DNA from: Octopus bimaculoides
Lineage: Eukaryota
NCBI RefSeq assembly: GCF_001194135.2
Contig: NC_068987.1
Span: forward strand, 62,993,085-63,054,708
Length of the DNA stretch: 61,624 bases
Reading direction: 5' to 3'
Under the pieces are notes generated by a model. It searched no databases, was not told the DNA's origin, and saw only the letters and a program-made list of their open reading frames with translations. Shown piece by piece: positions 12,678-27,115 of this stretch. A program made the position numbers and the translations under genes. Each line of letters opens with the position of its first letter. The stretch's first letter is position 1.

Positions 12678-12741
12678 GGATAATGCTAATAATATAGCCG
12701 GAACAGGATAAGCTACCCTGGCTATATTATTAGCATTATCC
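12678..12741. repeat. Perfect 22-bp inverted repeat, 20-nt loop
   Basis: GGATAATGCTAATAATATAGCC / GGCTATATTATTAGCATTATCC. Confidence 0.97.
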
Positions 12742-12891
12742 AGCATTTGAGAATTTAAAATCACTTCTTTAAGTTTCTAAGACATTTCAGCGCTTCTAAA
12801 GCAAACTTTGTTTGTTTACGTTCATTATAATTTGTATTTTATATATATATATATATATATACTTACTCTTCTACTTGTTTCNNNNNNNNNN

Positions 12892-12941
<50 letters not shown>

Positions 12942-13689
12942 GCAGATAGATAGATATATACACTATGTGTGTTTCAATGTTAGAAGAACAATGTGTCACT
13001 GCATGTTGTAAGAGGTGAATAAAAGGGTTTATGATAAGAGGGGCACCCAACAACTAAACACTGTCTCAGAAAATCTGTCCACCCTGTGATGAAGACAATA
13101 AAGGTATTTATATCAGAACATTTGAACAAAAATCTCCTGCAACATTTGCATTGTTTTTCCCCTTATGCCAACCTCCATGTTGTATTTTGTATCTTAAGAC
13201 ACTGGAGAGTAGCAAATGTACTGCTATCCATGTAAACTATAACCCTTGAAATGTTACCCCAACATGACCATAGTCCAATGACTGAAACCAAAAAAGAAAA
13301 AAAGTTGCATCAAGTAGTTATTAAGCATTAATAGCCTTCTTTGCAAGTGTAACATAGAAATAAACACTATATGAGAGCCTTTAATGAAGAAAGAGAAAAG
13401 CATTAAGCCTACAAAAGGGCTAGGTTTTGAGCTCCTAATTTTTCTCATCTAATTAATTTGAAGGCCAATAAGATAGGGAATATACTCAATGACTAAGTTT
13501 AGCCAGAGAGCATGTGTTCAATCCTTGGATCAGTAAATTTTATATACAAGGAGAATGAGAAGGCAGCATCACAAGAATAAATAATGCAACATGGACAATG
13601 AAATGAGATGAGAAAAACCTAGCCCATCTTTCTGGAAGTAATACAGAGTGTTATTTAACATTCCAAGAGAGTTCACTAAACATGAACAA

Positions 13690-14190
13690 TGCCTGAAGTA
13701 AAACACACAAAGACTAGTTTAAGTGGGACAGACAATACTCTCCAACCATTAGGTGATCATGCTCTATTTACAGAAAACATAGGGAACTTTGTTTAATGAA
13801 TATAAATTATGGATGCACAAGAGATGCAATGGAATCACAGGCAGGCTGAAGGCAATGGTAGATTTCAAACATAGTAGATGTACAAGTGTAGTTAGCAATA
13901 AGAGCACTCATGAAACAAATGCACAGAAGGCTCCATAGAAGTAGCTAATAGTTTTCAGTCACCTAATTAGAAGTGGAGATGGGTGTTCTGAAAGTATAGT
14001 AGCCAGGGTAAGGAAAGGATGGAAAAAGTTCAAGGTTCTGTTACCTTTGCTAATAACAGAGGGGTTGTCTCTTTAGATTGTGGGTCAATGTTATGTTACA
14101 TGGTAGTGAAACAAGAGCATTGAATACACAGAATGTCTGAATGGTAGAAAGAAATGAAGCAAGTATGCTCTGCTTGTTGTGTAATATAAG
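13690..14190 (+). mobile_element. RTE-clade LINE RT C-terminal fragment
   Basis: Fragments resembling WMHKRCNGITGRL, GCSESIVARVRKGWKKF..LLPLL, LHGSET and ERNEASML. Confidence 0.85.
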
Positions 14191-16874
14191 TATGTATGAA
14201 TGACAAAGCACAAACAAGCTTTGAAGAGTAGCAAAGGACCTCAACAAATGTCAAAATACTTTGCTAAAATAGTTATGCAACAATGGATAAGTGAAAAAAA
14301 ATGTTATGATAGTATGCATGTGAGTGTGTGTGAGTGAAAGAAAGAGAGTACTGTGGCCAATAGTGAAATACTGATGTGTATATATACATCAGTGTATGCA
14401 TGTATTCATATATATGTATACATAAATATATGAGCATATGTGTTTGGGTAAACAGGTGTTTGGTGACACACACTGAGATGTCTAAATGGTGAAGTTATGA
14501 GTACATCTAAATATGAATATTATACTAAAAGTGTCTGTTTTCTTATTTGTTTTCTTTCGGGTGTGACTAAGTTTCTTTTCTATTCCACCCCAAATAGCTT
14601 GTCATCATTTCATTTCTTTATTCCTACTTCAACAGACAAATGAACTGCATTAAAAAGTGCAAGAGTTTTCTTTTCTTGAAGCAAAAATGGATTTGATACA
14701 TTGCTATGATAAAAAAAAAAAAAGCATTATTATACTGACCACAATAATGATATGATTTGCAATTTTAGAAATGGCAATACTCAATAAGAGCAATGATAAT
14801 CAATTGGATTTCTTCCAACCACGACAAGAGGGAGTATGGGCATGGTGGTAATTGTAGTCAGTCAGGACTAGATAAAAATAGGTGAAGCAATAATGCAGAT
14901 TTGCCAAGAGGAAGTGAGTAGGCATTATAATCAATCTTGTTGAGAGGGAGGGTGCAAAGAGGCATTGACATCGTGTGAGTGGAAGGGTGCATTATAGCAA
15001 CAATGACAACGTGCTAGTTTATTATTGACATTCAAGTGTGTTATTACTGTGACTGATTATATTACTGGGCCAGACAACATGATTAGTCAAATTTACAAAA
15101 TCAGATGAGAAAGAGAGAGAGCATGAAAGAAATAGAGAGGCAGATAAACAAATTGAAAGTTGACAGAACCAGAAGTTGCATTAACATGAAATTCTGTATA
15201 TCAATAAAGGTGGAGGAAAATATAAGAAGGAATTGAATTCAAGAGGCTATAGCTCTAGGACAGAATAATTAAGCAAAGAGTGGATGGAAAACAAACATCA
15301 ACCCAAAGTGTTAATATTTGAAAATCAGAAATATAAGGTGTGGTGGAATTAGATTATATCAATCAAGTGCCCCACCATCTAAATGTATTGTATTTATATT
15401 GAAAATATTTATTTTCTAAAAGAGAGTGACATAGATGAATCAGATCCTCAGTTGCTATTTAGCCCCAGGTCAATTCTCATTGAGCAGTTCTATGATCACA
15501 AGCATTCAAGCAGTGAATATCCTGTCTTTTTCAAGACTGTAGGATATGATTTGAGGGAGAATTGGTTGTTATTTCTAACAAGTTCAGTGACCACATATGG
15601 GCTCTCTTAGTGACACGTAAAACAAACCATTGTTTATGGCAAATGAATATAAGTTGTAAAGAAGTTCAGTTTGCAAAGGTTTCACATTCAATTCCAAAGC
15701 ATATCTTGAAGAAGTACCCGTTAGTCTCTGAATTGAAATTGTATGGAAGTCTATCAGGACTTTCCGTACAGTCTACTCCATTGGAAGCATTCAAGTAAGG
15801 TCTCTACTCAGAGGATAACCTCCCCTCTTACTTCTCAGAGTCTCAGAAACCCTGCAAAAAGAGATAAATGCTATCTTTTCTATTTTAATCCTTTAGGATT
15901 TAAACCAGTCATATCTGATCCAAATGTTCTACTTGCTTTGTGTTCAAACTTGTTACATCTGACCTCTCACACCTACCATACAATGTCAGTTGCTTTAAGC
16001 ATTTAAACTGGTCTAATCCAACCTCTCACACCTACCTGGCAATGTTGTTCTAAAACCAAACAATTACATCATTGAAATCTCACAGCTACAATGTAATGCA
16101 AGATTCAATTCAAAATGATGTGAAGAAATAAGCATTACATTTGACAGTAATGTGAAAGCTGAAGGGTTAACTATGCCATTAAAAATCCCTATAAGGTAAC
16201 ACTTTATTAACAGAAAAGCACCAGTCATGACTTATTCCAGGGATGGGGTAATGTCCATCCCATGACTTTTGCAAGCTCTCTTAGAATAGAGCAATCAAGA
16301 GTTAATATTCTGTTTGAACTTCTGTACGGTAGCAAATTTGAGGAAGATAAGAACATGGAGAGAATCCCAGAGAACTGCTGTCTTCTGAGGCAGGATTGAG
16401 CAAGTATTTAATGTAACATTTAAGCATGGAACATGGTAGAAATGATGACAAGGTTTATATGGAGATGTTAAATGGCTAGATGTTCACGAGTTTAAATCTA
16501 GAGGCAGTGAGTTCGATTCCCAGACCAGGCTGTGTGTTGTGTTCTTATGCAAGATACTCTATTTCACGTTGCTTCAGTTCACTCATCTTTAGAAACGAGT
16601 TGTGATGTCACTGGTGCCAAGCTGTATTGACCTTTGCCTTCCTTTGGATATTGGTGACATGGAGAGGAGAAGCTGGTATGCATGGGCAAATGCTGGTCTT
16701 CCAACCTTGCCCAGATATGTGCCTTGGAGGGAAACTTTCTAGGTGCAATCCCATAGTCATTAATGACCAAAAAAGGGTCTTTACCCTTGTCTGCCTATTC
16801 ACTACGTGGAATAATTGCTTTCTATTCAGGCACAAGGTTAGTCTTTTTCTTTTTTTTCTGGTAGGAGAGGGTTA

Positions 16875-17110
16875 GACGATACTGTCAACCTCAGTTCTTG
16901 ACTAATACTTTATTTCATTGACTCCTAAAAGGATGAATGGCAAAGCTGACCTTGAATTCAGAACATAAACAGCTGGCACAAATACTGCAAAGTGTTTTAA
17001 CGAAATTCTAATGATTCAGCCAGATTGAGGGACTTGGTTATCAACTCCAGCATATGACAAGTACTTTATTTTGTTGACCTGAAAGGATGAAAAGCAAAGC
17101 TGACCTGGAT
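16875..17110 (-). mobile_element. Family B SINE pair
   Basis: Two adjacent aaggatgaa..gcaaagctgacc cores. Confidence 0.75.
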
Positions 17111-17847
17111 TTCTTGTGGTCAAAAAGCAATATTTTTTAGAATGAGTCAACTAAAAATCTATGATATTCGTGATTTTCCCAAGAGAATTAGCATTACAGA
17201 ATGAAACTGCTTTGCTTAGAATTGATGTCAAAGTCATGATGATGACTGCTCTACTAATATGAAATGATCTTTATGCAAATCTTAATCTGGAGCTGAAGAT
17301 ATATGTTTTCCCTCAGGGTCAGACATGGTATTGTAACTAAAGAACTTGCTTCACAGTCATATCATTCATCATCATTGTTTAATGTCCACTTTCCATGCTA
17401 GCATGGGTTGGACGATTTGACTGAGGACTGGTGAAACCAGATGGCTACACCAGGCTCCAATCTGATTTGGCAGAGTTTCTACAGCTGGATGCCCTTCCTA
17501 ACGCCAATTCCACATTCAAATCTACAGCACAGTACACTGGGTGTTTTTCATTCTTAAACTCAGGCTGACCAATACCTTGGAAGGGGAATTTTTAGATGGA
17601 ACCTTGTTGAAATACATCGAGTGCATTTAAACACACACATATATATATATAGATAGATATACATATATATATATATGTGTGAGAATAGATAGAAAAGAGG
17701 ATAGACAAACAGATTCAGAGAGTCCCTGCAAAAGTGTGCTGCATCTGAGAAAGTAACAGTTAGTTCATGATATATATGTTTATGTATGTATTTAAGTGTG
17801 TAGACGTATCTGCATGTGTACGTACATGTAAACGTATCTGTTCAAGT

Positions 17848-17891
<44 letters not shown>

Positions 17892-18829
17892 TCTTTCACC
17901 ACCATCTAACCATGAACAGATACATACATGCATAAACACATATATATCATGAACTAAATGATACTTTCTCAGATGCAGCACAAAATTTTGTCAGTGAACA
18001 GGTCGCAGTTTCAAAGTGATGAAAATATTTTGACACATTAAATTTAAATGTTGAAGTGAAACTAATGATATTTTGTGTGTTCTTAAATGGCTTATAAACA
18101 TCTTCCACGCTGCAATTGTTTTTTGTTTCAGCACACAATCTCAGATCAAGTCACCTGCTATGCAAGTACATCTTCATAGTATATATAACACACATCATCA
18201 CTGTTTTCGATGCTGGCAGAGTTTGACAGTGAGCCAGAGAACAACACCAAACTCCAATGTCTTGGTATAGTATATTTATAGCTGGATGCCCTCCCAAATG
18301 CCAACCACTTTATAGTATACTGAGTTCTTTTTAGCATGGCAATGGCACTGGTGTGAACACCAAGTAACTTCAAGACATGACTTCTCAACTGAGTGGGTGT
18401 AGTATTGAGGGATAGGAACAGGTGTTTTGCTACAGAGGAGACATATGGCAAAATAGTGTATTATATATCAAAGGTGTATGAAGCTTTTGACAGTATATAT
18501 ATTAGCATAGGATATAAAAATAAGTGAGAAAACTGAAAAAAATCATTGCTTTATAAATGAAGTACTTGAGATATTTGTTTAACATTAACACTTGCTTCTC
18601 ACCACCAGAAATGCAGTGGATTAACCTTATTGAAAACCTGTAAGTCATCATTCTAGTGTTCACAAGTGACAACATGTAATGTCACCGTTAACGAGTGTGC
18701 GCGTGTATGGGTTACCATAGTCACAAACAAAACTGGTCTGGGCAACCAAGGTATAAAGCAGTGCTCCTTTGTTGCACCTGGAGACTTAAGAGTTTAGATA
18801 TTGATCCTAGCATACTGACAGCTGCCAGA

Positions 18830-19200
18830 GTCTTTTATCTTTTACTTGTTTCAGTTATTAAATTGTGGCCATGCTGGGGCACTGCTTTGAGGAATTTTAG
18901 TCAAATTAATTGACCCCAGTACTTATTTTATTTTTTAAAGCCTGAACTTATTTTATTGGTTTCTTTTGCAGAACTGCTGTTATGGAGATGTAAACACACC
19001 AACACCAGTTGTCAAGTAGGAGATGGGGTCAAACACAGACAGAAAGATGCACACACAGTAGGCTTCCTTCAGTTTCCATCTACCAAATCCATTTAGGCTT
19101 TCGTCAGCTTGAGGCAATAGCAGAAGACACTTGCCCAAGGTACCATGCAATGGAACCATGTGGTTAGGAAGCAGACTTCTTATCACACTATCACTCCTGA
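18830..19200 (-). mobile_element. SINE family A copy (diverged)
   Basis: Reverse-complement match with CpG decay. Confidence 0.8.
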
Positions 19201-19519
19201 ATATCAACATTGGAGGCACGTGGCTTAGTGGTTAGGGAGTTGGACACATGAGCATAAGATTGTGGTTTCGATTCCTAGACCAGGTGACACATTGTGTTCT
19301 TGAGCAAAACACTTCATTTCACATTGCTCCACTCCACTTGGCTGACAAATGAGTAATCCAGCAACAGACCAGCATCCCATCCAGCTGGAGAATTTATGTG
19401 CCATGAAACCAGGAAGTCTGCATGACTTGAGAAACCTTATGAGTCAGCATGACTCAAGAATGTAACTAACTTTAATATCAACATTTTCAAACTATCTTCG
19501 TGAATTACATTGAATACTA

Positions 19520-20815
19520 TCAAGACAAAATATCAAACAAATGTGTAACTCTGTTAGACACTGTATGCTCTAGCATCTTTGAGTACATCAAAGGATGTAA
19601 GAACTTTGACTTGGCTATCTCTGAACTAAACAATCTATGTGAACATTCTCAATGCAAAATTTTGCTGAATACTTACTGAATATCAGGTGACAAAAGCCTG
19701 TAATATCCCTGGATAAATTTTCATGGAATTAGAGAAGCTAAAAAAGAACTGCAATTTCCAGGATTGTAGTGAGGGTAACAAGGCACTGCATGACATGTTC
19801 ATTACCAACACAGCTTCATTAACCATGCACACCACAGAGGATATGAAACATTGGACTTGACTTACAGATTTGCCTGTAACCAAGCCTTTGCTGTAGATGT
19901 AGCTTAGTACAATACTGTGTATGCAATCCCAGTGCCTAGATAGCTGCAATAGTGTATCTTGGGAAGCCAACTATGGCTGCCATTCACAAGATAAGACAAA
20001 AATGTTTTTTTTTTTTTTTTGTATGTGCATGTGTGGTTTCTCTTACAATTTACAAGATATCTGTCTAGCATGCAAGACTTACTAGCAATGACTATTTCAA
20101 AGGACGTAATGCTTGTGCGTGTGAATCTAAAGCCTCCTAAATTTCAGTCAATTCAAACACACTGACCACACTTACGTATGAGAGGAATCAATGCAAGATG
20201 AAACATGTGATTGTGTATAGAAAAAGGTTAAGTACTCAAGAGAGTACTTAACCTTTTTCTAAAGCACTGATAACAAGGAAGTAGTGTGGAAGCTAAATTT
20301 AGAGGTTCTCCCATTCAGTAGAGACATCTCTATGGCTCAGAAAACATTAATTATAAGCTCCAAAAAAGCTAGTTTTGTTGTGAACCTAACCTTTGACCTT
20401 AATAACCATATGTACATTGCTATACAGTTTGGTGTTTTGAGATACATGTGTTCTGATCTGATAATTGGTCAAGAATTGCTGTGCAAACATCTGAGAGTGA
20501 AACAGTCTGAATTAACTGTGGATGGTGCTGATAATTTCTGTATTGGTATCAAAAATTGATCTACTATTTTCCAGACTTGTCTCCATGATGTAAGCCAACT
20601 GCTACCAAATCAAGGCAATTCAGCTGTGATGTTCCAAACTTCATTGCAAGGGAAGTTTGCCATTTACTTTCAGAAAGCATAATTGAAACAAGCATATCAC
20701 TATGGTATAAATCCAAGTGATAGCAGTGAAGGACCCTACCCACCAACACAAGTGAATGTGTATAAATGACTTGGTCAACCAATAAACAGAAGTGGGTGCT
20801 TACTCTTTGCAAAGT
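19520..20815 (+). mobile_element. Gypsy LTR-retrotransposon internal remnant (gag, protease, start of RT)
   Basis: gag-like SSIFEYIKGC...ELEKLKKNCNF; protease-like ISMAQ..VVNLTF...GVLRYMCSDLIIGQE (ORF 20284-20559); RT-start KPTATKSRQFS..FIAREV..LLSESIIETS. Confidence 0.8.
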
Positions 20816-21535
20816 TGACTTCAGCAGGATATGAGCTCAGAATGTAAAGAGCTGTAATTAAATATCACAAGGCACTTTGATCAGCATTCTCATAATTCTG
20901 CCATTTCAATGGCCTATTAATAAGTTTCAAATTTTGTTACCCATAAATTTATTAGTGGGGCTAAGTCAATTAAATCAACTCCAGTACTGAACTGGTACTT
21001 ATTTCATTAACCCCAAAAGAAAGAAAGGCAAAGTTGACCCCAGCAGAATTTGAAATCAGAGCATAAGGACAGACAAAATGCCAAGTTGCTACCTCCAATA
21101 CCCTATTAATAATGGTCTCAGATTTAGGCACAATGCCCATAATTTTGAGTTGGGGGGGGGGGTATAGTCAGTATCATTGACTACATTGAAAGAATGAAAG
21201 GCAAAGTTGACCCTGGCAAGCTTTGAACTCAGAACAGAAAGAGCTGGGACAAATACTGCAAGGCATTTATTCTTTGATGCCTTAAGAATTCAGTCATCTC
21301 ATCACCTTCACCTTATTAATAATAACTGTTTCTAATTCAGGCACGGGGTCAATAATTTTGAAGGGTTTTAGCTGATTACATCAACCCCCAGTGCTTGACA
21401 TGTGCTTTATATTATCAAGCTTATAAAAATGAAATACAAATTTGACCTCAACAGGATTTGAACTCTCAACATAAAGAGCTGGAATATCAAAAGGTGTTCT
21501 GTCCAATGCTCTAGCAGCAATTCTATCAATTCACA
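20815..21535 (-). mobile_element. Head-to-tail array of ~4 family B SINEs
   Basis: Repeated aaaggcaaagttgacc...tttgaactc cores at ~190-nt spacing. Confidence 0.85.
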
Positions 21536-23344
21536 ACCCTAATAATAATAATAATAATAATAACAACATTGTATGACAAAATTAAAATCTATTTTTTTAC
21601 TATGGTCAGTAAGTGTTATTTCCGTTTTGCTTCTATCTAGAAATCAAAGGAAATGACAACCATTCCCTTCAAACTTCGCTTTTGTGACCTGGACATAAAT
21701 AATTTGAAACTGATCTATTTTCCATTACATTTCAAACAGACTCAATGCTAAGTTGCTGAAGCAGATATATCGTTATAGTAGCAGAGATTTGCTTGTCAGT
21801 TGCTTCACCTTAACCACTTGAGCATGTCCCTTAGTGGCTGACAATATGTGCATCTCTGATTATGAGTAGGAGGAGTGGGGGAGTATCATAACCATGTGTT
21901 GAGAGGGATTCTTTGGGGTTTGAATAAATATAGCAAAAGTAAGGTTTGAAGGAAACAGCCATTTTCCATACTTTCTAGGAGTACACACATAAGGAATAAC
22001 AGCTGCTACCCAAGGACAAAAATTGTGTTACACAGTGTAATCTGTGTTTATACAGATTTTTAGATTGGCATCTAGAAGGGTATCCAGCCATATAAGTCAG
22101 CAAAAATTCTGTTCAACCAATGCCAGCACAGAAAAGCAGGCATAAAAAAACAATAATGTCCAAGGTTAATCTTTGCAGAGAGATATACAGTTGGTTATTT
22201 TAACCATAGTCATTATTTCAGCAACCCCTAGTGACATAATAGGCAAAGCTAAGCAGGAACTGAACTCAAAGCCTGAGATGAAATAACAGTGTGATCACAA
22301 TGTTTAAGGAGAAAAGTATACTGATAATAAGATATTAATTACTTGATTACTTAGTCACTAACAAGAATATTGTTGACAATGACTTTGAAATTTCGGCCAC
22401 TTAAACCATCATTTGGATATACATATATTATCATTATTGTTTTAACGTCCACTTTTACATGCCTGCATGGGTTAGAATTTGTTGAGATAGATTTTCTATG
22501 GCCAGATGCCATTCGTGTCACCAATCCTCACCAGTTTTCAAGTTAGGTAATATTTCCCCATGACCATACAATCTGTCATAGAAAATTGGAAACAAGACAC
22601 CACTTGCATGGCACTGACACTCCTTTACAACTATCATGCAATGTCAAGGCAAGGAGACAGTAACACACATACGATAAACTTCTTTCAGTTTCTGCCAACC
22701 AAATCCACTTATAAGGATTTGGTCAGCCCAGAGATGCAGTAAAAGACAATTGCTCAAGGTGCAACACAGCGTAACTCAACCCAGAACCATGTGGTTGGGA
22801 AGCAAACTTCTTACCACACAACCATGCTTATGCCTTCATATATATGAAGGATTCTCCCATAGATGACGTATGAGCATTTAGCTTTTGCTGAACGACCTGC
22901 ACAAATGATTTGTTCATAGTGATCAAGTGTTTGTATCAAACATTAGCCCACTCTCTCCATCAAATTGATGCTGCCTGAACAGGTGCACAGTGTACCACAC
23001 ATCAGGTGTTGAACTGATTGCAGAGTGACACGAGATGAAGTGTTTTGTTCAAGAGCACAACACACCACCCAGTCTAGGAATTGAAATCACAATTGCTAGA
23101 TCATGAGTGCAACACCCTAACCACTAAGCTATACACCCTCATGTGTGTGTGTGTGTGTGTGTATAAAGGTCCAATGTATACACACACACATATAGTATAT
23201 AGATAGGGTTATGATCCAAGCTGTGTCCTCATGAAGCAAATCTGAATATTTTAGTATTTCAAATTATATTTGCAAATGTTATATTTTATATGAGAGTTGA
23301 AAATACTGGAAATTACCCTTTGCAGAGAAATTACATACCAAAAT

Positions 23345-23566
23345 GAAGAACACTGAAAAACTTTGATATTATCTATTTCCCCATTACATATGTTTTGTTA
23401 CCTAATAGGAGTTACAGAGGTACACATGCAGAAAGACAAGTGAGACATTTCCTATTACTAATAGATGTCTTACATGTTTTTCTGCATGTATACCTCAGTA
23501 ACTCCTAGAAAGTAATGAAATATATGTAATAAGGAATAAATAATACCAAATTTTACCAGTCTTCTG
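23345..23566. repeat. Old ~100-bp-arm fold-back (probable decayed MITE)
   Basis: Inner 43 bp match 38/43; outer arms less similar; 16-nt loop. Confidence 0.8.
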
Positions 23567-24104
23567 TTCTGTGTGTGAATGAAATGAGAATTTTTTTTAC
23601 TTCTAAATGATGTAAATTAAAAATTTTAAATAGTATACTACAATTACATTTACAGCATTTAAAGCAGTAAAAAGTCTGAATACTGAGTTATTAAAATAGA
23701 CAGAAATAATTAACGATTAAATAATCAATAGCCTCTTATCTTTCAACTAAGTGATTACAATATATAATTGTATGCTGAAATAAGCAACTAAAGTAATCCT
23801 ATTATTGGCAAAAGATATAAACATTGGTGAAACTTAAAAACCAATACTTTATGAATGAAATTCCTTGAGATATTTGTTCTGAATCGAGTTATAGATACTT
23901 CCAAGTTACAGTCAGAAACTGCAGAGAACCAGTGTATATAATATAGTTCAGTATTTAATCTAACACCCTCCTGAATGAACCAACTCATCACCATTCTCCG
24001 TACTTATAACAACAGTATTATTATTATTATTGTTATTATTATCAATAATTTATAAGGCCAGTAATCCTTAAGTAAAGGGTAGAGTTGATACCATCAACCT
24101 TAGT

Positions 24105-24670
24105 ACTTACAATATTAATAATAATACTAATTTTGGCACAAAACCGGCAAGAGGGGCAAGTCAATTATATAGATTCTGATGTTCAACTGGTACTTATTAT
24201 ATCAACCCTGAAAAAAATAACAAAAAGAAAAATCCTTTCTATTATAGGCTCATGGTCTGAAATTTTGGACAAGCAGGATGGTCAATTATATCAACCCCAG
24301 GATCTGACTGGTACTTATTTCATTAACCCAAAGGAATGAAAGGCAAAGTTAACTTTGACTGAATTTTTAACTCGGAATGTACAGATGGATTGAAATTCTG
24401 CTAAGCATTTTTGTCCAGTATGCTAAAATTTCTACAAGCTTACCAGCTTAATAATAATTGTTTCTAATTTAGAAACAAGGACCAACAATTTTGAAGATAA
24501 GGGTTGTTGATACCATCAGTCCCAGAGATAGACTGGTAGCTTGTTTTACCAAACCTGGAAGGATGAAAATGTAAAGTTGATTTCAGTGATATTTGAACTC
24601 CTTGCATAAAGAGCTGGACCAAATACTACAAAGTATTTTTTCTGATGCACAAACAATTCAGCCAATCCAC
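24105..24670 (-). mobile_element. Head-to-tail array of 3 family B SINEs
   Basis: Same cores, joined by (TAA)n tails. Confidence 0.8.
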
Positions 24671-25949
24671 AATCCTCAGAAATAATTCATCCCATCAAAA
24701 TTCATAACCTAAAGAGAGGACAGAACTGCACAACACTGTTGGTTTCAGTAGAGTTAGATAACTTACCTGGTGGTACCTGTCTCAGTGAACAAGCTCCCCC
24801 CCCCCACTTTCTCAAGTTTTGTTTTTAATACAGTTGGTTGCCCACCTCCCTCTCACCTAGTAAACATATATTTCATTAAAGTCAGTTTTATAAGAAACTT
24901 GGTGCACTTAAAAAAACTGACCCTGGAATACTTTTCTTTTTTTACCTGACTGGCCAGAAAGCCTTATAATTCTAGAAAAACTTAGATAACTGGATGCAGC
25001 AATGGTCATAATTTTCCCAACTTCATTAGTGCTGTAAATCAATTGAAATGGCTTTTAAGTGAGAATCAAATCTATAATAAACTATTCTCTGGAAGATTAT
25101 CGTTTTGCCTTTTAGAATTGAACAAGTGATCTACCACTAGTTATCAACTGGGAGCTTCTACAGGGTTGCTTGATCTGCTAAAAATATCAGCTAAAATTTC
25201 TTGCAAATTATAACAGACTGTCTTTAAAAAAAACAAAGGGAATGACATATTCAATAATTTAGTCCTCGATATGAAAGGAAGCCACACACATTAATTAGAG
25301 AGATATGGCACAGCCATCATTTTGTTTGAGCCGAAGTTGAACAGAATCTTTCCATAAAAGAAAAAAACCTAGAATGATCAGTTGGAACATCTTTGATCAC
25401 TGATCTGTTCAAACATGACTGACCTGGGGCTAAACAATACCAGAAACAACCCTAAATGGAAAAGTAAAAGCAATTCCCAATCCAAATCAAGAATTGAGGT
25501 ATATGTAATGAGATACTGCAAAATAGTCATGGGTATCAAGCAGCCCACAGGATTTTCCACATGGCATACTTAACAAAAAAAATTACCTTGAATTTTTAAG
25601 TAGTGAGGCCTGTCTGATGACAAGCTATGCCACATGCAGTCCATTTCTTGAAAACTGTTGCCCTAGGCTACTGTAAAATATGTAATGGGAGCTTTCCACA
25701 GCAATACATCTAGCAATCATATAGGTTTCAACTGACTAGATGGTGCAAAGAGTTAGAATTTTAGAGACGAAATGAAGGTAAACTTTGTAGGTATTTTATA
25801 AAGGCCTTAATGAAGTAAATGAAAGAAAAGCACCACAGCTTCTACCTGACTTGACTCAGGCAAAATAACAGACAAGTGCTGTTTATCTCACAAATTAGAG
25901 GATGTGTATGGCCTTCTTCCATCATTATGTTTCTCAAAGCTAAATAATA

Positions 25950-27115
25950 GTTTCAACTTTTGGCACAAGGCCAGCAAGTCTGGGGGACGGAGGTGAGTTG
26001 GTTACATCAACCCCCAGAGTTCAACTGGTATTTATTTTATCAACCTCAAAAGGATGAAAGTTGAAGTCAAATTAGGCGGAATTTGAACTCAGAATGGATG
26101 AAATGCTGCTAAGTATTTCACCCAGTATGCTAATGATTCTGCCAGCTAATACTCGAGGTAGCTACTTCTCACAGTAACATTGTGGTCATTGACGTAAACA
26201 CTTTCATCTGTTTATAAAGTGTATGCAGCACTAAAAAGATTCATTCATGATTCTTGATCATAATCTCATTGCTTGCAGGAACCTGGGTAACACCAGTATC
26301 AATCAATCATATTAAATCTACCCCAGTATATTACTGGTACTTTATTGTATCTAGTGCTCCAAGTTGCTATAAGTCTAACAGCTTCGGCAGTAACTGCAAG
26401 AATGACTGATTTGTCACATGGGACAATGTAATATTGTATGTGGAAGTAGTAGCATTCATACCTTTGATGAAGAATTTTAGTGAAATGAAATGTAGGATAA
26501 ACATAAATATTATGATCAAGAAACAAACATTCACACAGTGGTCCTATGTCTATTAATTATTTTGTCACCATCCACTAGACACAATAAGAACCATGAATTG
26601 AAACCAAGCCAAAGACTCGCTTTGCTGAGAACTTAGCTCTGCCCTATGTAAACTAACCCCTATAACCACCAATAATAGCAATAATATCCATTGTAATAAT
26701 AATTCCTTCTACAATAGGTTTGAAATTTGGGGAGAAGAGGCTAGTCAATCACATCAGCCCCAATGCGCAACTGGTACTTATTTTATCAACCTCTAAAGGA
26801 TGAAAGGCAAAGTCAACCTCAGAAACATTTGAACTCAGAACATTAAGCCAGAAGAAATGCTACAAAGCATTTTGTCCAGCATGGTAATGATTCTACCAGC
26901 ATATTTATCATCATCATAATAATAATAATAATTTCTAAGGGGAGGGAACAGTCAATCATATCAACCCCAGTCCTCGACTGGTACTTTATTTTTCGACCCT
27001 GGAAGGATGAAAGGCAAAGTTGACCATGATGGGATTTGAACTCAGAACATAAACAAATCTAACTAAAATACCGCAAGGCATTTTGCCTGACACTCTACTA
27101 CTTCTGCCATCCATC
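25950..27115 (-). mobile_element. Family B SINE copies (25950-26145, 26710-26895, 26935-27110)
   Basis: Same cores, same orientation. Confidence 0.8.

Noticed and set aside
20815-21535. Regularly spaced repeats superficially like a CRISPR array
   Set aside because: Eukaryotic DNA; units are ~190-nt diverged SINEs without unique spacers or cas genes.
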